From Podarcis bocagei (lineage: Eukaryota): a stretch of 64,000 bases of DNA. This document shows, one piece after another, positions 12,691 to 24,630 of the stretch. The position numbers and the translations under genes are program-made. Numbering within the stretch: position 1 is the first letter of the stretch; the number at the start of each line of letters is the position of its first letter. The stretch is from assembly GCA_964188305.1 (NCBI GenBank), contig OZ076889.1; one strand, given 5' to 3'. A model generated the notes under the pieces. It saw only the letters and a list, made by a program, of their open reading frames with translations. It searched no databases and was not told the DNA's origin.

Positions 12691-13742
12691 AGATATGGTA
12701 AAACTAAAGATCTTAACTGAAAATAATCCTTGGTCACAGATTGAAAAATTTACCACTGCCCATCTACCACCCCAGCACCTCCAAAATTTAAGCAGAACTC
12801 CCCCTTATTCACAAACAGGCAGCATATGTGATAGGAGGTTTAAGTATGGACAGTGAACACTAGCAAAAATCATTTATTATTGGCCCTATTTTATGTGCCA
12901 CACAATTTGTTTTACAGGAAAGCTGGAAAAGAAGTTCCTAAACAGGGTTGTGGTGGTTGACTTTGTGGGAAAGTTTATGAGATATTGAAAAGTTGTGTAT
13001 ACAAAGGCAGAACGCTAACAGTGTTCATTTAACTGTTTCCAAATTCAGATCTCAGTTTAACTCAACATCTACAGTTTATTATTAAACTGACAGAACCATT
13101 TGCTGTGACCAACTAGTGGTTATTTGGAAGCAAGAGGCATTGGAAGATGTTTCTACTGGCATACTTAAATGCCTTTTAATGACTTACTGTAGGCAGGCAA
13201 GCTCTTGTAGCCATGTTAAATTCCCAGATGAAGAGGGGTTTGGGGCATTCCCATAACTTCACTATTATTTGTTCAAAAAAGTTGAAGTGGTATATTAAGA
13301 CTCTCAGAAATTTCCAAGTGGTCCATTGGAGGAAAAAGTTTGAGAACAGCTGCTCTACATTATTTTTGATGGAGTGTTCAGATTTGTCCTGCCATGGGAT
13401 GGTAGATCTTTGAAGCCCCCACAGAACATATTAATTTTGCAGATCTCCTGAAAATATTATGCTTTGAGGATCTCCTGAACCTGCAGAAGTTCTCCTAAAA
13501 GTGTTTTTCTTATTGTTTCTAACTTCTTCCTTTACATTACCCATAAGTTATGAACTTGTCTCCAGTCTCATATCCTGGTATTAATCCAATGTAGCTGTTC
13601 ATCAGGATTCTGTCCTGAAAGAATTTCCAGAGGACAATATCTAGATTTAAGAGTAAAGTGTGAGCTACACTTATGAGGCTAGAGCTGACCTTTACATCCC
13701 TGACACTAGCCATCACAGGGTGTTGTTGATGTTTCTTAATAT

Positions 13743-14486
13743 TGTTACATGCCACCCCACTCTCCAAGTGATGCAAGACTCCAAGGGGTCCAGGCACTTA
13801 CCCAGGGATCAGTTTCTTCAAACTGAGAGACAGTGCAGACTGTGGTATCTTTATGATACATGATTTATTGACCTATATATACAACCAGAGCCACAGCATT
13901 AACACTCCAGGAGGGTTTTGCTTCTCCCATAGCCACAGCCTTGGATTCAAACAGAATGAGGCATGACTCTGTCACTCAGCTGCCCAGACTGCTTCCTGGT
14001 GCAGTGGTTAAGAGTGGTAGACTTGTAATCTGGTGAACTGGGTTCGTGTCCCCACTCCTCCACGTGCAGTTGCTGGGTGACCTTGGGCTAGTCACACTTC
14101 TCTGAAGTCTCACCTCACAGAGTGTTTGTTGTGGGGGAGGAAGGGAAAGGAGAATGTTAGCCACTTTGAGACTCCTTAGGGTAGTGATAAAGCGGGATAT
14201 CAAATCCAAACACCTCCTCCTCTTCTTCTTCTTCATCTTCCTGAACAACCCATACTTAGGCCATTACCAATGAACTTGTCTGGCTATTCAAGCAAATGGA
14301 TCCTTGCTGGATCCAGGAATTAGAAGGGACTCCAACATACAGTCCGCCCCCGACCGCAAAATGTACAACAATCTAGTAGAACTCCAGGTTCGCAGTGGTC
14401 CTCCATTTTTATGAGTTACCCTCCAATCAGAGCTGATTTCAATGGTGGGAGGTCTGGCTACATGAAAGTGAGAACCCTCTTTGACA
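13743..14486 (-). mobile_element. Possible solo LTR (Gypsy-like) containing a SINE
   Basis: TGTTA...TGACA ends and a minus-strand AATAAA at ~13864-13869; no TSD found, boundaries tentative. Confidence 0.35.
13998..14240 (+). mobile_element. Squam3-like SINE, copy B (short internal deletion)
   Basis: Aligns to copy A but lacks ~12 nt around tcagccccactc; (CCT/CTT)n tail. Confidence 0.88.
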
Positions 14487-15743
14487 GCCAAATTCCAGTA
14501 CTCATCATTATTGATGGGGGAAATTGAGGAAAATAGCCATAACAGTGGCTGATTTGCTGTTACTTCATTTGAAAGTCTGCTCTTCCCGACATGTTTTTCT
14601 TTCTTCTGAAAGCTCAGGAAGTGCAGTATATTGTGACAAGAAGTAATTCTACTACATCACACACACCCCTCCAAACAATACACTAGCATCACTAGCATCT
14701 TCATTTACAGTCCTACGCCTGCCCTGCTCTCAGCCCAAACTGCCGAAGCCTGAATTCCAGGTAAACTCCACTACCACCCTGACATTTCTCTATACTGCAC
14801 AGGAGTGCCAGAAGCACACTGCAGTCAATGCCAGCAAATTCTTAATGTTCTGAACTGGGAAGGGCAGCCCTGAAGATTCAGGGAGAAGGGAGATGGAGGT
14901 GAAGGAAACTTCAAAGCCCGACGTCTAGACGATGCTTTCCTGTCTCAGAGCCATCACGTGTGGTCCGGTAGAAGAAAGAGAAAGGAGACCTGTCAAGTCT
15001 CATTGACCACAGGTAATGGTACAGGGTAATTTCTTCTGATAATGTCACCGAAAAAGGAAATCCTACAGACTAAACTCATTATAGTCTCAGGGAAATGTCA
15101 AAAGGGGGGGAAGTGGGGTGGGGGGTCTGTTTTTGCAGGACAGGGTACTGCTGCAAAGCTGCTCAATATGCAATCCATTGTGACATGCAAAGGTATAACT
15201 TTGAAGTGGGGGAAGGGCTCACTTTCATATTAACTATTAAGAAGCTCAGAGCCACCGCATAATCCTTTCTTTCTTTTTTAACTGCCCTTGTAAAAGCAAA
15301 AGGTAATATCTTCCACATTTCCACAGAACAAGGCATGCCAGATGCCAGTCCTGGGGTTAAACAGGTCACTGTTTTTATCTGAGTGCCAGCAAAGCATTAG
15401 TGTGTCAATCCTTTAGTTAGCCAAGGTCATGATTATGGCTAGCTATGTCCAGCTCCATGTCAGCCTCCCAATCTAAGAATGAAGCTACCGTGAGGTCTTC
15501 TTGCTTTGACCAAGTATACTTTGCTTAATGAAATTCTCTTGGAGCAATAATTCTGGGTCTTCATAAGCTAGCCAGACGTTTTGAACTGAGCTGATTGAGT
15601 TCTGTTCATTCAATCACACTCACCATATCCATCACACGCTGTTCAATTGCACTCGGTCATATGGAATACAAATACTTTAGAAGCCCACATTAGGCCATGT
15701 TTTAGTTAACTTTTGTTGCCATGGTCAACATCTGAGAGAAGTA

Positions 15744-15997
15744 CTGTATTTTTTGCTCTATAAGACTCACTTTTCCCCTCCTAAAAAGTAAGGGGAAATG
15801 TGTGTGCGTCTTATGGAGCGAATGCAGGCTGCGCAGCTATCCCAGAAGCCAGAACAGCAAGAGGGATTGCTGCTTTCACTGTGCAGCGATCCCTCTTGCT
15901 GTTCTGGCTTCTGAGATTCGGAATTTTTTTTTCTTGTTTTCCTCCTCCAAAAACTAGGTCTTATGGTCTGGTGCGTCTTATAGAGCGAAAAATACGG
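15744..15997. mobile_element. Tc1/mariner (Tc2/pogo-like) MITE with internal hairpin
   Basis: TA|CTGTATTTTTTGCTCTATAAGACTCAC...GTGCGTCTTATAGAGCGAAAAATACGG|TA, ~27-bp TIR. Confidence 0.88.
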
Positions 15998-16232
15998 TAA
16001 ATTGAACCTTGGGTGGAGGTAAATGCAGGACAAAGGAGCATTACCAATCCTAGAACATATTCTCCTACTCTTATTCTTGTGTAATACTGACTTCCCATGT
16101 AATAGGGGGACCATTGTAAACGCATAATAATTTGCGATCACGATGGTTTCAGAGCAGATATATGCAATCTGACCTTGTGGGGGGCCAGACTATATTGGAG
16201 GGGGAATGAACACATTCCTATGCCCCACAAAT

Positions 16233-16412
16233 AACCCAGAGATGCATTTTAAATAAAAGCACACATTCTACTCATCTAAAAACACCAGGCAGGCCCAACC
16301 CAGAGATGCATTTTAAATAAAAGCACACATTCTACTCATCTAAAAACACCAGGCAGGCCCAACCCAGAGATGCATTTTAAATAAAAGGACACATTCTACT
16401 CATGTAAAAACA
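16233..16412. repeat. 64-bp tandem repeat (~2.8 copies) inside a probable hAT-type element ending near 16490
   Basis: Unit aacccagagatgcattttaaataaaagcacacattctactcatctaaaaacaccaggcaggccc starts at 16233, 16297 and 16361. Confidence 0.9.
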
Positions 16413-17990
16413 TGCTGATTCCTGGACCGTCCACAGGCCAGATTTAGAAGGCGATTGGGCTGGATCCGGGCCTTAGTTTTCCTACCCAATGTGTTATACT
16501 GTTTGCACCTGCAAATGTTTCAGGGTGGACATACAGCAAGCTCCATAATTTCCTAGTAAAATTCTGTGACCTTTTTATACCACAAATGTCCTGGTTATTT
16601 TTTTTTATAAATTGTGGCTGCGATTGGGCAAAAATGTGCTTAAATAATAAATGAAGGACCTCTTCAATAGTCCCCAATAGACTGGGAAACTATGTAACAT
16701 GACCTTTAAATAACTTTTCCATCCAATATATCATCATTAAAACATTATTCAGCACATCTCAAAGAAAGAGAAATTAACTTTCAAAGCTTTCATTTAGATG
16801 ATGGGTTTAAAAGGAGTTTTCAAACTGGAAGGAAAATTATCCTGTTTAGTTTCAGGTCTATCTCACACAAAATTAACATTTAGTAGATTGAATCCACTCT
16901 ACTTCAAAAGTAGTGCTATTGTGACTGATACTCTTGTACTGCATCACATAAAGGAACTATCTTCCGAAGTTCATGTGGAAATTGAATTTATGTCACTTTT
17001 TTTTTAAAAGGCTAACAGGAGAAACAGAGCACTCTCCACTTCAATTGGTTGTGTAGCCAGAATGCTTTCACTAGTATGCTTGTGTTGGATTTGGTTTGGT
17101 AAAAGGAAAAATACCAGGTATAATAAAAAGAATTCCCTGGATGCCTAAGATACAAGTTTGGAGAAAGTACTCTTTGTTGAGAGAACCCCAGCAGAGATTT
17201 AAAATCACAAAACATGCAGCAAGTAAAGCACGGAAATATAGGCTGTTAGATCTTTAAAATATCCCCTTCTAACTTGTTTCCAAAGTTCCCCACTTCCCTT
17301 AGCAAAGAAGTTATAAAAGTGTTTCCTTACAAATTCTTCAAGGGTCCAATTCATGAGCTTTTCCATACAGAAGTCAGAAAACACAGATGGTATAACTTAG
17401 GTTCCAAAATGGTAAATGTTTCTAAATTATTTGTATAGAAACACAAAAAATGGCTTGCTTAAGCCACTCAGTCTGCATCCAGTTTAGACCTCCTTACTGG
17501 TAGGGTTAACATGTTGGAAGGGAGAGAACGAAGACTTGATAATCCTTCCTCCCAAGGTGACGAGAAGTGGCCTAGCTAGGCCTGGCAGGTCAGCTTACTC
17601 TGTGGTCTATGAGGTTGGATATTTCACAGCTTGGGCATACAGTATTGGGTTGGATCCAGACTAAGTCAGTTGATGCTTCTCTTTGAATTCAATAAGTCAA
17701 TGCTAAATTGTCCCTTTGATTTCAATGGAACCTAAATTCAACTAACTCCATCTGGATCCAATCTTTTCTTTTCTTTTCCTTTACGACTGCTTTTATCAAT
17801 GTATGAATGGGTTTAAAATGATAGTTTCATTTGAACTCTGGTATAAATCAGATACTTGGCAGATGTTATCAGTACAGAACAAAAAACCCATTTCAGATTG
17901 GGCTCCACACCTGCAGGAATCAGTGTTTGATCTGTGAAATTGGGCCAAATCAATTCTAGGCATTCTCAGAGGTTTTGAGATCCTGGTACA

Positions 17991-18283
17991 ATCATAGAAT
18001 CATAGAGTTGGAATAGACCACAAGGGCCATCGAGTCCAACCCCCTGCCAAGCAGGAAACACCATCAGAGCACTCCTGACATATGGTTGTCAAGCCTCTGC
18101 TTAAAGACCTCCAAAGAAGGAGACTCCACCACACTCCTTGGCAGCAAATTCCACTGTCGAACAGCTCTTACTGTCAGGAAGTTCTTCCTAATGTTTAGGT
18201 GGAATCTTCTTTCTTGTAGTTTGGATCCATTGCTCCGTGTCCGCTTCTCTGGAGCAGCAGAAAACAACCTTTCTTCCTCCTCT
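17991..18283 (-). mobile_element. Young CR1 LINE 3' end
   Basis: Intact ORF2 C-terminus TRSNGSKLQERRFHLNIRKNFLTVRAVRQWNLLPRSVVESPSLEVFKQRLD (18064-18267), 3' UTR and octamer (TTCTATGA)n tail. Confidence 0.93.
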
Positions 18284-18381
18284 GAAATAGCATCTGAGAC
18301 CCATGCACCCTTCTGGGTCCTGAGGTGATGTCACCATTATGTGCCAGACCTTAACTTCTCTGAGGTGACTGCAGAGTCACT

Positions 18382-18632
18382 GGAGAGCCAGTATGGTGTA
18401 GTGGTTAAGAGTGATAGACTCGTAATCTGGGGAACCGGGTTCATGTCCCCGCTCCTCCACATGCAGCTGCTGAGTGACCTTGGGCTAGTCACACTTCTCT
18501 GAAGTCTCTCAGCCCCACTCACCTCACAGAATGTTTGTTGTGGAGAAGGAAGGGAAAGGAGAATGTTAGCTGCTTTGAGACTCCTTCGGGTAGTGATAAA
18601 GCGAGATATCAAATCCAAACTCTTTTTCTTCT
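18382..18632 (+). mobile_element. Squam3-like SINE, copy C (full 5' end)
   Basis: ggagagccagtatggtgtagtggttaagag...aaatccaaactctttttcttct; aligns to copy A. Confidence 0.9.
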
Positions 18633-20581
18633 ACTGCAGGATCTGATTTATTATTATTTAATATCCAATGGAATCCCAAAAAATAAATATTGTTATTCGG
18701 GAATAACAACAGATTACATTGTGGAAGGGGTGGGGTGTTACCCATTTTTTCTTTAATTCAATTTTCATTTTTTAAAAAATGGCTCTTGCCAATACATAAT
18801 TTAGGAAAACTCTCAAAACTAAACACCTGATTGTTTAATACAAAAACATTTCTGTGAAAGATTAGCTAATTTAATTCTCTACAAGATGCATACTGCTCGT
18901 GCGCGTGCACACACACACACACACCATTGATCTAGTAACAAATACTCCTGTATTAATTCCACAACCAGGCAGTCAAACAGGGTTGAAAACTTCTGCTGCT
19001 GCCTGCCCGGGGCAAAATACTATCTACAAACAACAGAAAGGAAATTGAAACAAAACTAAAGTAACTGCTTTTGCCTTTTAGGTGCAATGTTAAAATTACT
19101 AAATTGGGGGACATTCCTAAATGCCAAAATCCATATATAATGATGTAACAACTTCCGTAGCTTTCTTCCTTTTCTCCCTGCCCTAAGTATGGTTATTGTC
19201 ATCATTCCACTTCATAAACAGAGCCCCATACTGGTGAATTTTGAAGTGCCAGACTTTGAAGTGACTGTAGAATAGTAAAATCCTATATGTGGAGGCATAT
19301 ACTCTCCTAGGAGAACTAATGCAACCTCTCAAGAGAGATACAGGAAGATGTATGCTCCAATATGCATATATTGTTCTGCATGCTGACTTTTCATTTTTAT
19401 ATAAAAGCATTTATAAACCACTTAAGACTGAAAAATGTCTAAGAGTAGTCATAATTATCAAGATGTTAATGGCTTCCGTGGAAGTTATCCATGTTTTCAC
19501 TGTTCATCTCAATTCTATCTGAAGTACTCCCCAGGAATAAGATGAAGTGCCATTGCCTCATTTTTCTTATAATAAACTCTTAAGAGTGTATTAATATTGA
19601 GTTTATGAAATAGCAGTGTTGTTTACTTTTGGATAAGAATATTGTTTCGTGTTCATGCTGTATTGTATAGTATATTTAGCCACAAACCACAGGTTATTAA
19701 TCTCTGGTCAGTTTATTGCTCAGACATCTCTTGTGGTTAATTTTTTTAAAAAACCCATTACGCATAAATCATATTTATACATTTAAAGAACCAAAGCTAA
19801 TTGTTAACGTCAGCTGCTAAGTGCTACAGAAAATCTACACATCCTTTTACTGTCAGTGGAACAGAGGCATGCTCAGCATGTTACTGGATGACACCTTTGA
19901 TAAGAAACTCATATAACTACAATTGGCGAGAACATGTCTGAATGACAACAGACTCATTGCTCACTTGGAATAGGCTTTAACTTTACACTGTGAACTATAT
20001 ACAAAGGGTTCTAAGCCGGGGGGGGGGGGGGGAGAAAGCCTTGGCACTTATTCAGAAGGCAAAGTCTTGTTGTTTTTGTTTTTGTTTTTGTTTTTTTCTT
20101 TGTTTTTAACAATTGTCCCAACTACTTTCTCCTTTTTCGTTCTGATGCTGTCACCATTAGACAGTCCCAGACACACCACCCATCTAACAATTTTCTACAT
20201 TTTAAATATGATAAACAAATCTAAACATTTGCATGCAAGAAAGTTGGCTTACGTATCTATGGAAGGGCAATGGTGTCCTAGTCACAACTGATACAGAGAG
20301 TTGCAGCATCGGTCCAGGGTGAGAGACACCCAGACTCAGCCATGAGGTTCACTGCAGAACTTTGTCCCAGTCTCTATCTCTAGCCTACATCCCAGTGTTG
20401 TTGTGAGGATAAAATGTAGGTGGAGGACCAGTTTCTTGGAGAAAAGGTGGAATATAAATATACCAAGGAAATAAATACAAATATATTAGTTTTCCCTTTC
20501 CAGTTCAGCAGCACCACATCATTAGAAATGAATTATCCCTAGGTGGCACCTATACACTAACAAAGACAACACATATATCCA

Positions 20582-21752
20582 TGTCACGGAGTGGTTGGAC
20601 GCAGATGAATCGTGAGAGGAACCAGCTGGGGAACCCCCAGGAGGAGAAGGCTCAGAGCCAAGGGACTGGTGATAGGACAACAATGAGTGGTCAGAGGAAG
20701 AAGACCAGGAGGAAGCCTTAGAATCTGAAGAGGTAGCAGGGCTTGCTGGGGGGTGGGGGGAGTCTGTGGCAGAGAGAAATCTAGAATCAGAGGCAGAAGC
20801 TGAAGCAGGAGAGGAGGGAGGCCAAGAGACACAAATGAGTCTGGCTGGGGAAGAGGCAGGGGTGTCTCCCCTTCCTGCTGTGACAAGCTCCTCTGCCCCC
20901 TGATCTCACAGCACCAGGAGAGGCATGAAGAGGGTAGAAGAGAAGTTAGCTTCATGCAGTCTTCAAGATGGCTTGTGGAAAACCCTGGAGAGAGGGGGAC
21001 TTAGGCAGCTTTGGGGTGGTGGGGACTGTCCATCTCAGCTGCTGCTTCTTGGGGACAATACCAACCAGAGATGAGCTGCTGTGCTCATTAGGCCTGTCAA
21101 AGGAAAATGGAAGAGCCTCCCCATTGTCTTTTCTTTCACAAATCCTGTCTTAAGGGCACATTTAAGATATGAATAGGGTGTGAGGCTGTGACCTGGCTCA
21201 GGAACTAAGTATTTATCATTACAAAAGACTGGCCAGGCAATCCAGTCAAGTGACCATTAAACAGGTAACCTGTCAGACAAGATAAACAAGTCACTCAGAT
21301 TTCGGCTTTAGACCGCCTTTCCTGTGATGTAGGTATGATGTATCTGGGGGGTGGTCTTGGGTTACACCCCTTCTGTGGTGTATGTATGATGTATGGAGGA
21401 GTGGTCTTGAGCTCCAGGGCAGGGAATTTAAAATGTCTATATAAGGCCTTGCACACCATTGTTCTGGGTTCCTCCTCCCTCCTGTGTGTGGTGAGTGAGG
21501 TCCCTGCTGCAACAGATCAATAAAGATCAGGCTTACTAGCTGCTTTGCTTCTCTGGTTGGGCTTTGTTATTTTCTCCTACCAATAGGGAACCTATGTAAG
21601 GACTCTGTATGGGCTCTTGGATACCCCATAAGGGAAAAAGGGCAGATTTTGTTTACAACACCTGACAAGCCTATGCAGATCCTGCTTTTGCTAATAAAAA
21701 AATTAACTTCAACTTGCTCTGTGTTTTATTTACTGCTAACTTGTTCCTGTCA
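20582..21752 (+). mobile_element. Solo LTR (Gypsy-like), interrupted by a second LTR
   Basis: Begins TGTCACG, purine-rich body, resumes at 21661 with AATAAA (~21693) and ends ...CCTGTCA; only a weak flanking match (atcca/attta). Confidence 0.55.
21095..21660 (+). mobile_element. Nested solo LTR (ERV-like)
   Basis: TGT...ACA ends, duplicated ~38-bp U3 motif (21322-21359, 21373-21409), TATATAA 21438-21444, AATAAA 21519-21524; cctg on both sides. Confidence 0.7.
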
Positions 21753-24630
21753 ATTTATTTGTAGCATTTTAAACAGCCATTTTAAAAGCCTAACTAAGAT
21801 TGCTTACTCATAACAAGGAATGACTACTTTGTTGGTCTTCAGGCTTAATGGCTGTGTGGTCAGGCAACGTGCCTTCTCTCTGTGTTGTTGTCTCTTCATT
21901 TGCTAAATAATACTTTGCATAGCTTCCATGACTCAATGGTTTTCAAACGCTTCACCTCTCCACCCTGCCTTGGAAAAGACTGCACTCCATTGCACACCCA
22001 TGACATATATTCTGGGCCCCTGAATGTCCCTGGATTCAATAACACTTAGACATAAAGCAACAACTAGTGTGCATTAGCTGGGCTGCTAGCAATAGAAAAC
22101 ATTATCTGTCATGATCCCCCACAGAACATATGAAAATATTGCACAACGATACTGACTGCAGTTAAAGATAAATGTCGCTTTCATTTTTAAACTCACTATC
22201 ATTTGTCCAGCCAAAATATCAGTCTCCCAAAACAATAGTACAATACAAGAGCACAACACATTCATCTAATTTCACCAGACATCACCCTGATCATTCACAA
22301 TACAGACTTATAAGGGGGAACTTGCAAGTAAGATTCTGCCCAGTTGTTTAATTACTCTTCAGCAACTCCACCCCATTGCTCAGTAATACATCTTTATAAC
22401 CTGCTTCTTCCAGTTTCCTTGCACCAGGTTGGCAGACAGGCAATGTACTTTTATTTATAATGTTATATCCAATAGCTATCCAGTATTAGTCATACCCAAA
22501 GTACGTCCAGTGAAATCAATGGACTTAAATCACTTGTCATTGATTTCAATGGGTCTACTCTGAGTATGATTTAGGTATCACCCAACATGTATTATCTATT
22601 GATCATGGATGTGGAACACTCCTGGCGCATTGCTGGAAATGAAAAGTGGGATACATATGTTTGGAGATGGGAAAAGTAAATATATATCATAGATAATTCA
22701 AAGATTTTTTTTTATCTATTTAGACCCATTGACTCTCTTGGCAAGTTTTGTTCTCTCGTCTTGTTATCTGTTCCTCCATTTGGTATTGAGCAACAGCAAA
22801 TCCTTAAAAGCCAAGGGGGAGGGGTGATTCTCTAGCAATGCCTAACAATTGGCAGCAGCAACGAAACAAAGCCCTCTAGTCTTTCTAAATATTTATTTAA
22901 AAGCAGGCTGAAAGCAAACACTTCATTTTTCAAAGGCTAGCAGATTCTCCTGTATTGGAGTGGCAATAAGGGAACATTTGCTTTCAGACTTCCGAGTTAA
23001 AAGCCACACGCTCTGAGACCTCACGCATCTCTCCTCGGTTCCATGCCAGCTGCAATAGTTTAAACATCTCACTTAATCCATATGTATGTACTAAGACATC
23101 TTACACATCTCCCAACCACATGCAGATTTGCATAACTTGCATCCAGACATGCATTACTTTTCCAAAACATGAAATTAATAGCTGTCTTTGAACAAAAAAA
23201 ATAAATGGCTGATTGAATGAATGACAGGGTGAGGGTCTTTTCCTTTTTCCATTATTATTTTTTTACCTTGACACATCTGTTAGTATATCAAGCAGAGGTG
23301 AATGCCATTCTGTACTTTGCATGGATATGGTTTTTCCTACTGTGAACCAAACTCTTCACATCTCTCTATTTTCCAGGCAAAGTCAAACAGAGGCTACAGG
23401 CTTCCAAACGTCCTTAAATATTAGCTATTAATAGTGCTGGTTTCAGTATATTGCAAACTTCTTGAGCCATTTCTTCAATGTTCAAATAGCATAAGCTTTT
23501 TTAAAATAATAAAACCAAAAACTTTCAGCACATTAGGCCTAGGAACCAGATGGTGCAATTGTTGAGGAGGAGGCAGCACAATCGCAATGCTTGTTACCGT
23601 AACTCTGTGCGAGTAAGTGGGTAAGATGGCGAGGCATCTGAATGAAGAATGAGTGCGAACAAGTTTGTATGTGAAAAGTATAAATTGGAAACAGCCGCAG
23701 AAGATTCTACAAACAACAAAATGCATCTATGTATTCTTGTTGGCCTCTCCTTGTATTTACATAAATGCAATAGCCATATATTTGATGCTTTCACAAAACC
23801 ACAAATTATTGTATGGGAATACCAGACCGTGGTGACAGCAGACCACCCACGTCAGACAATGGAATATTTTGTTCCTGGAGAACATTTAGCCTGATGTCAC
23901 TCCAATGTAATGTATTCTCAACTTCAAGGATAAATTGGTCATCTGAGTCACCTTTCCCTGCCCCGCTCCAATCTTTTTCAGACAAAAAATTCTACTCAGG
24001 AGAACTGGTGCTCCTTAAGTGTTGGTCTAGTTTCTACCTGCTCAAGAGGTTTCCAGTGTTGACCACAAACTTGTCCTTGGAAGAGAAAATACTTACCTTT
24101 CCCAAGCAATGCCTGGGTCTTCCTAGTTCTGCAATATACCATGAACAGGAAGTGTGTAAGGCCACCCTTTGGATGAGCTCTGAGCATGGCTGGCACATCA
24201 CTGAGGTGACCTGAAGCAGCCTGCCTTAGGTAGCATGCTCTGCAGGGGGCAGGAGATTCCAGTTGAACCCGTGCTGCCACTTCCACTTATTTTCTTCCAG
24301 CTGCTGCCCCTCTATGGTCTTGGCAACAACAACTTCCAATTCAGATTCAGGTAAGCTGAAGATGCACCCAAAAGCCAAAGTCAGGAAGAGCAGCAGCAAT
24401 GCTTCGTGGAACACCTCCCCCTTTCCGCCAAGACTCTCAGACAAAAGGGGCATTCCCACAGAGCAGCTGCATTGCCACTGGTCTTCCACCTTTAGAGGAG
24501 CAGGGAAATTAGCAGCAATGCATTGCAGAATGCCTCCTTTTCAGCAAGTAGGATCATCTTAATAGATGGTCCTGGTTGCAGGCAGGCCCTCAACCTGATC
24601 CCCACCACCACCACCACTCTCATGCCAGGG

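Noticed and set aside
16233-16412. CRISPR-like array
   Set aside because: Head-to-tail units with no unique spacers, in eukaryotic DNA with no cas genes.
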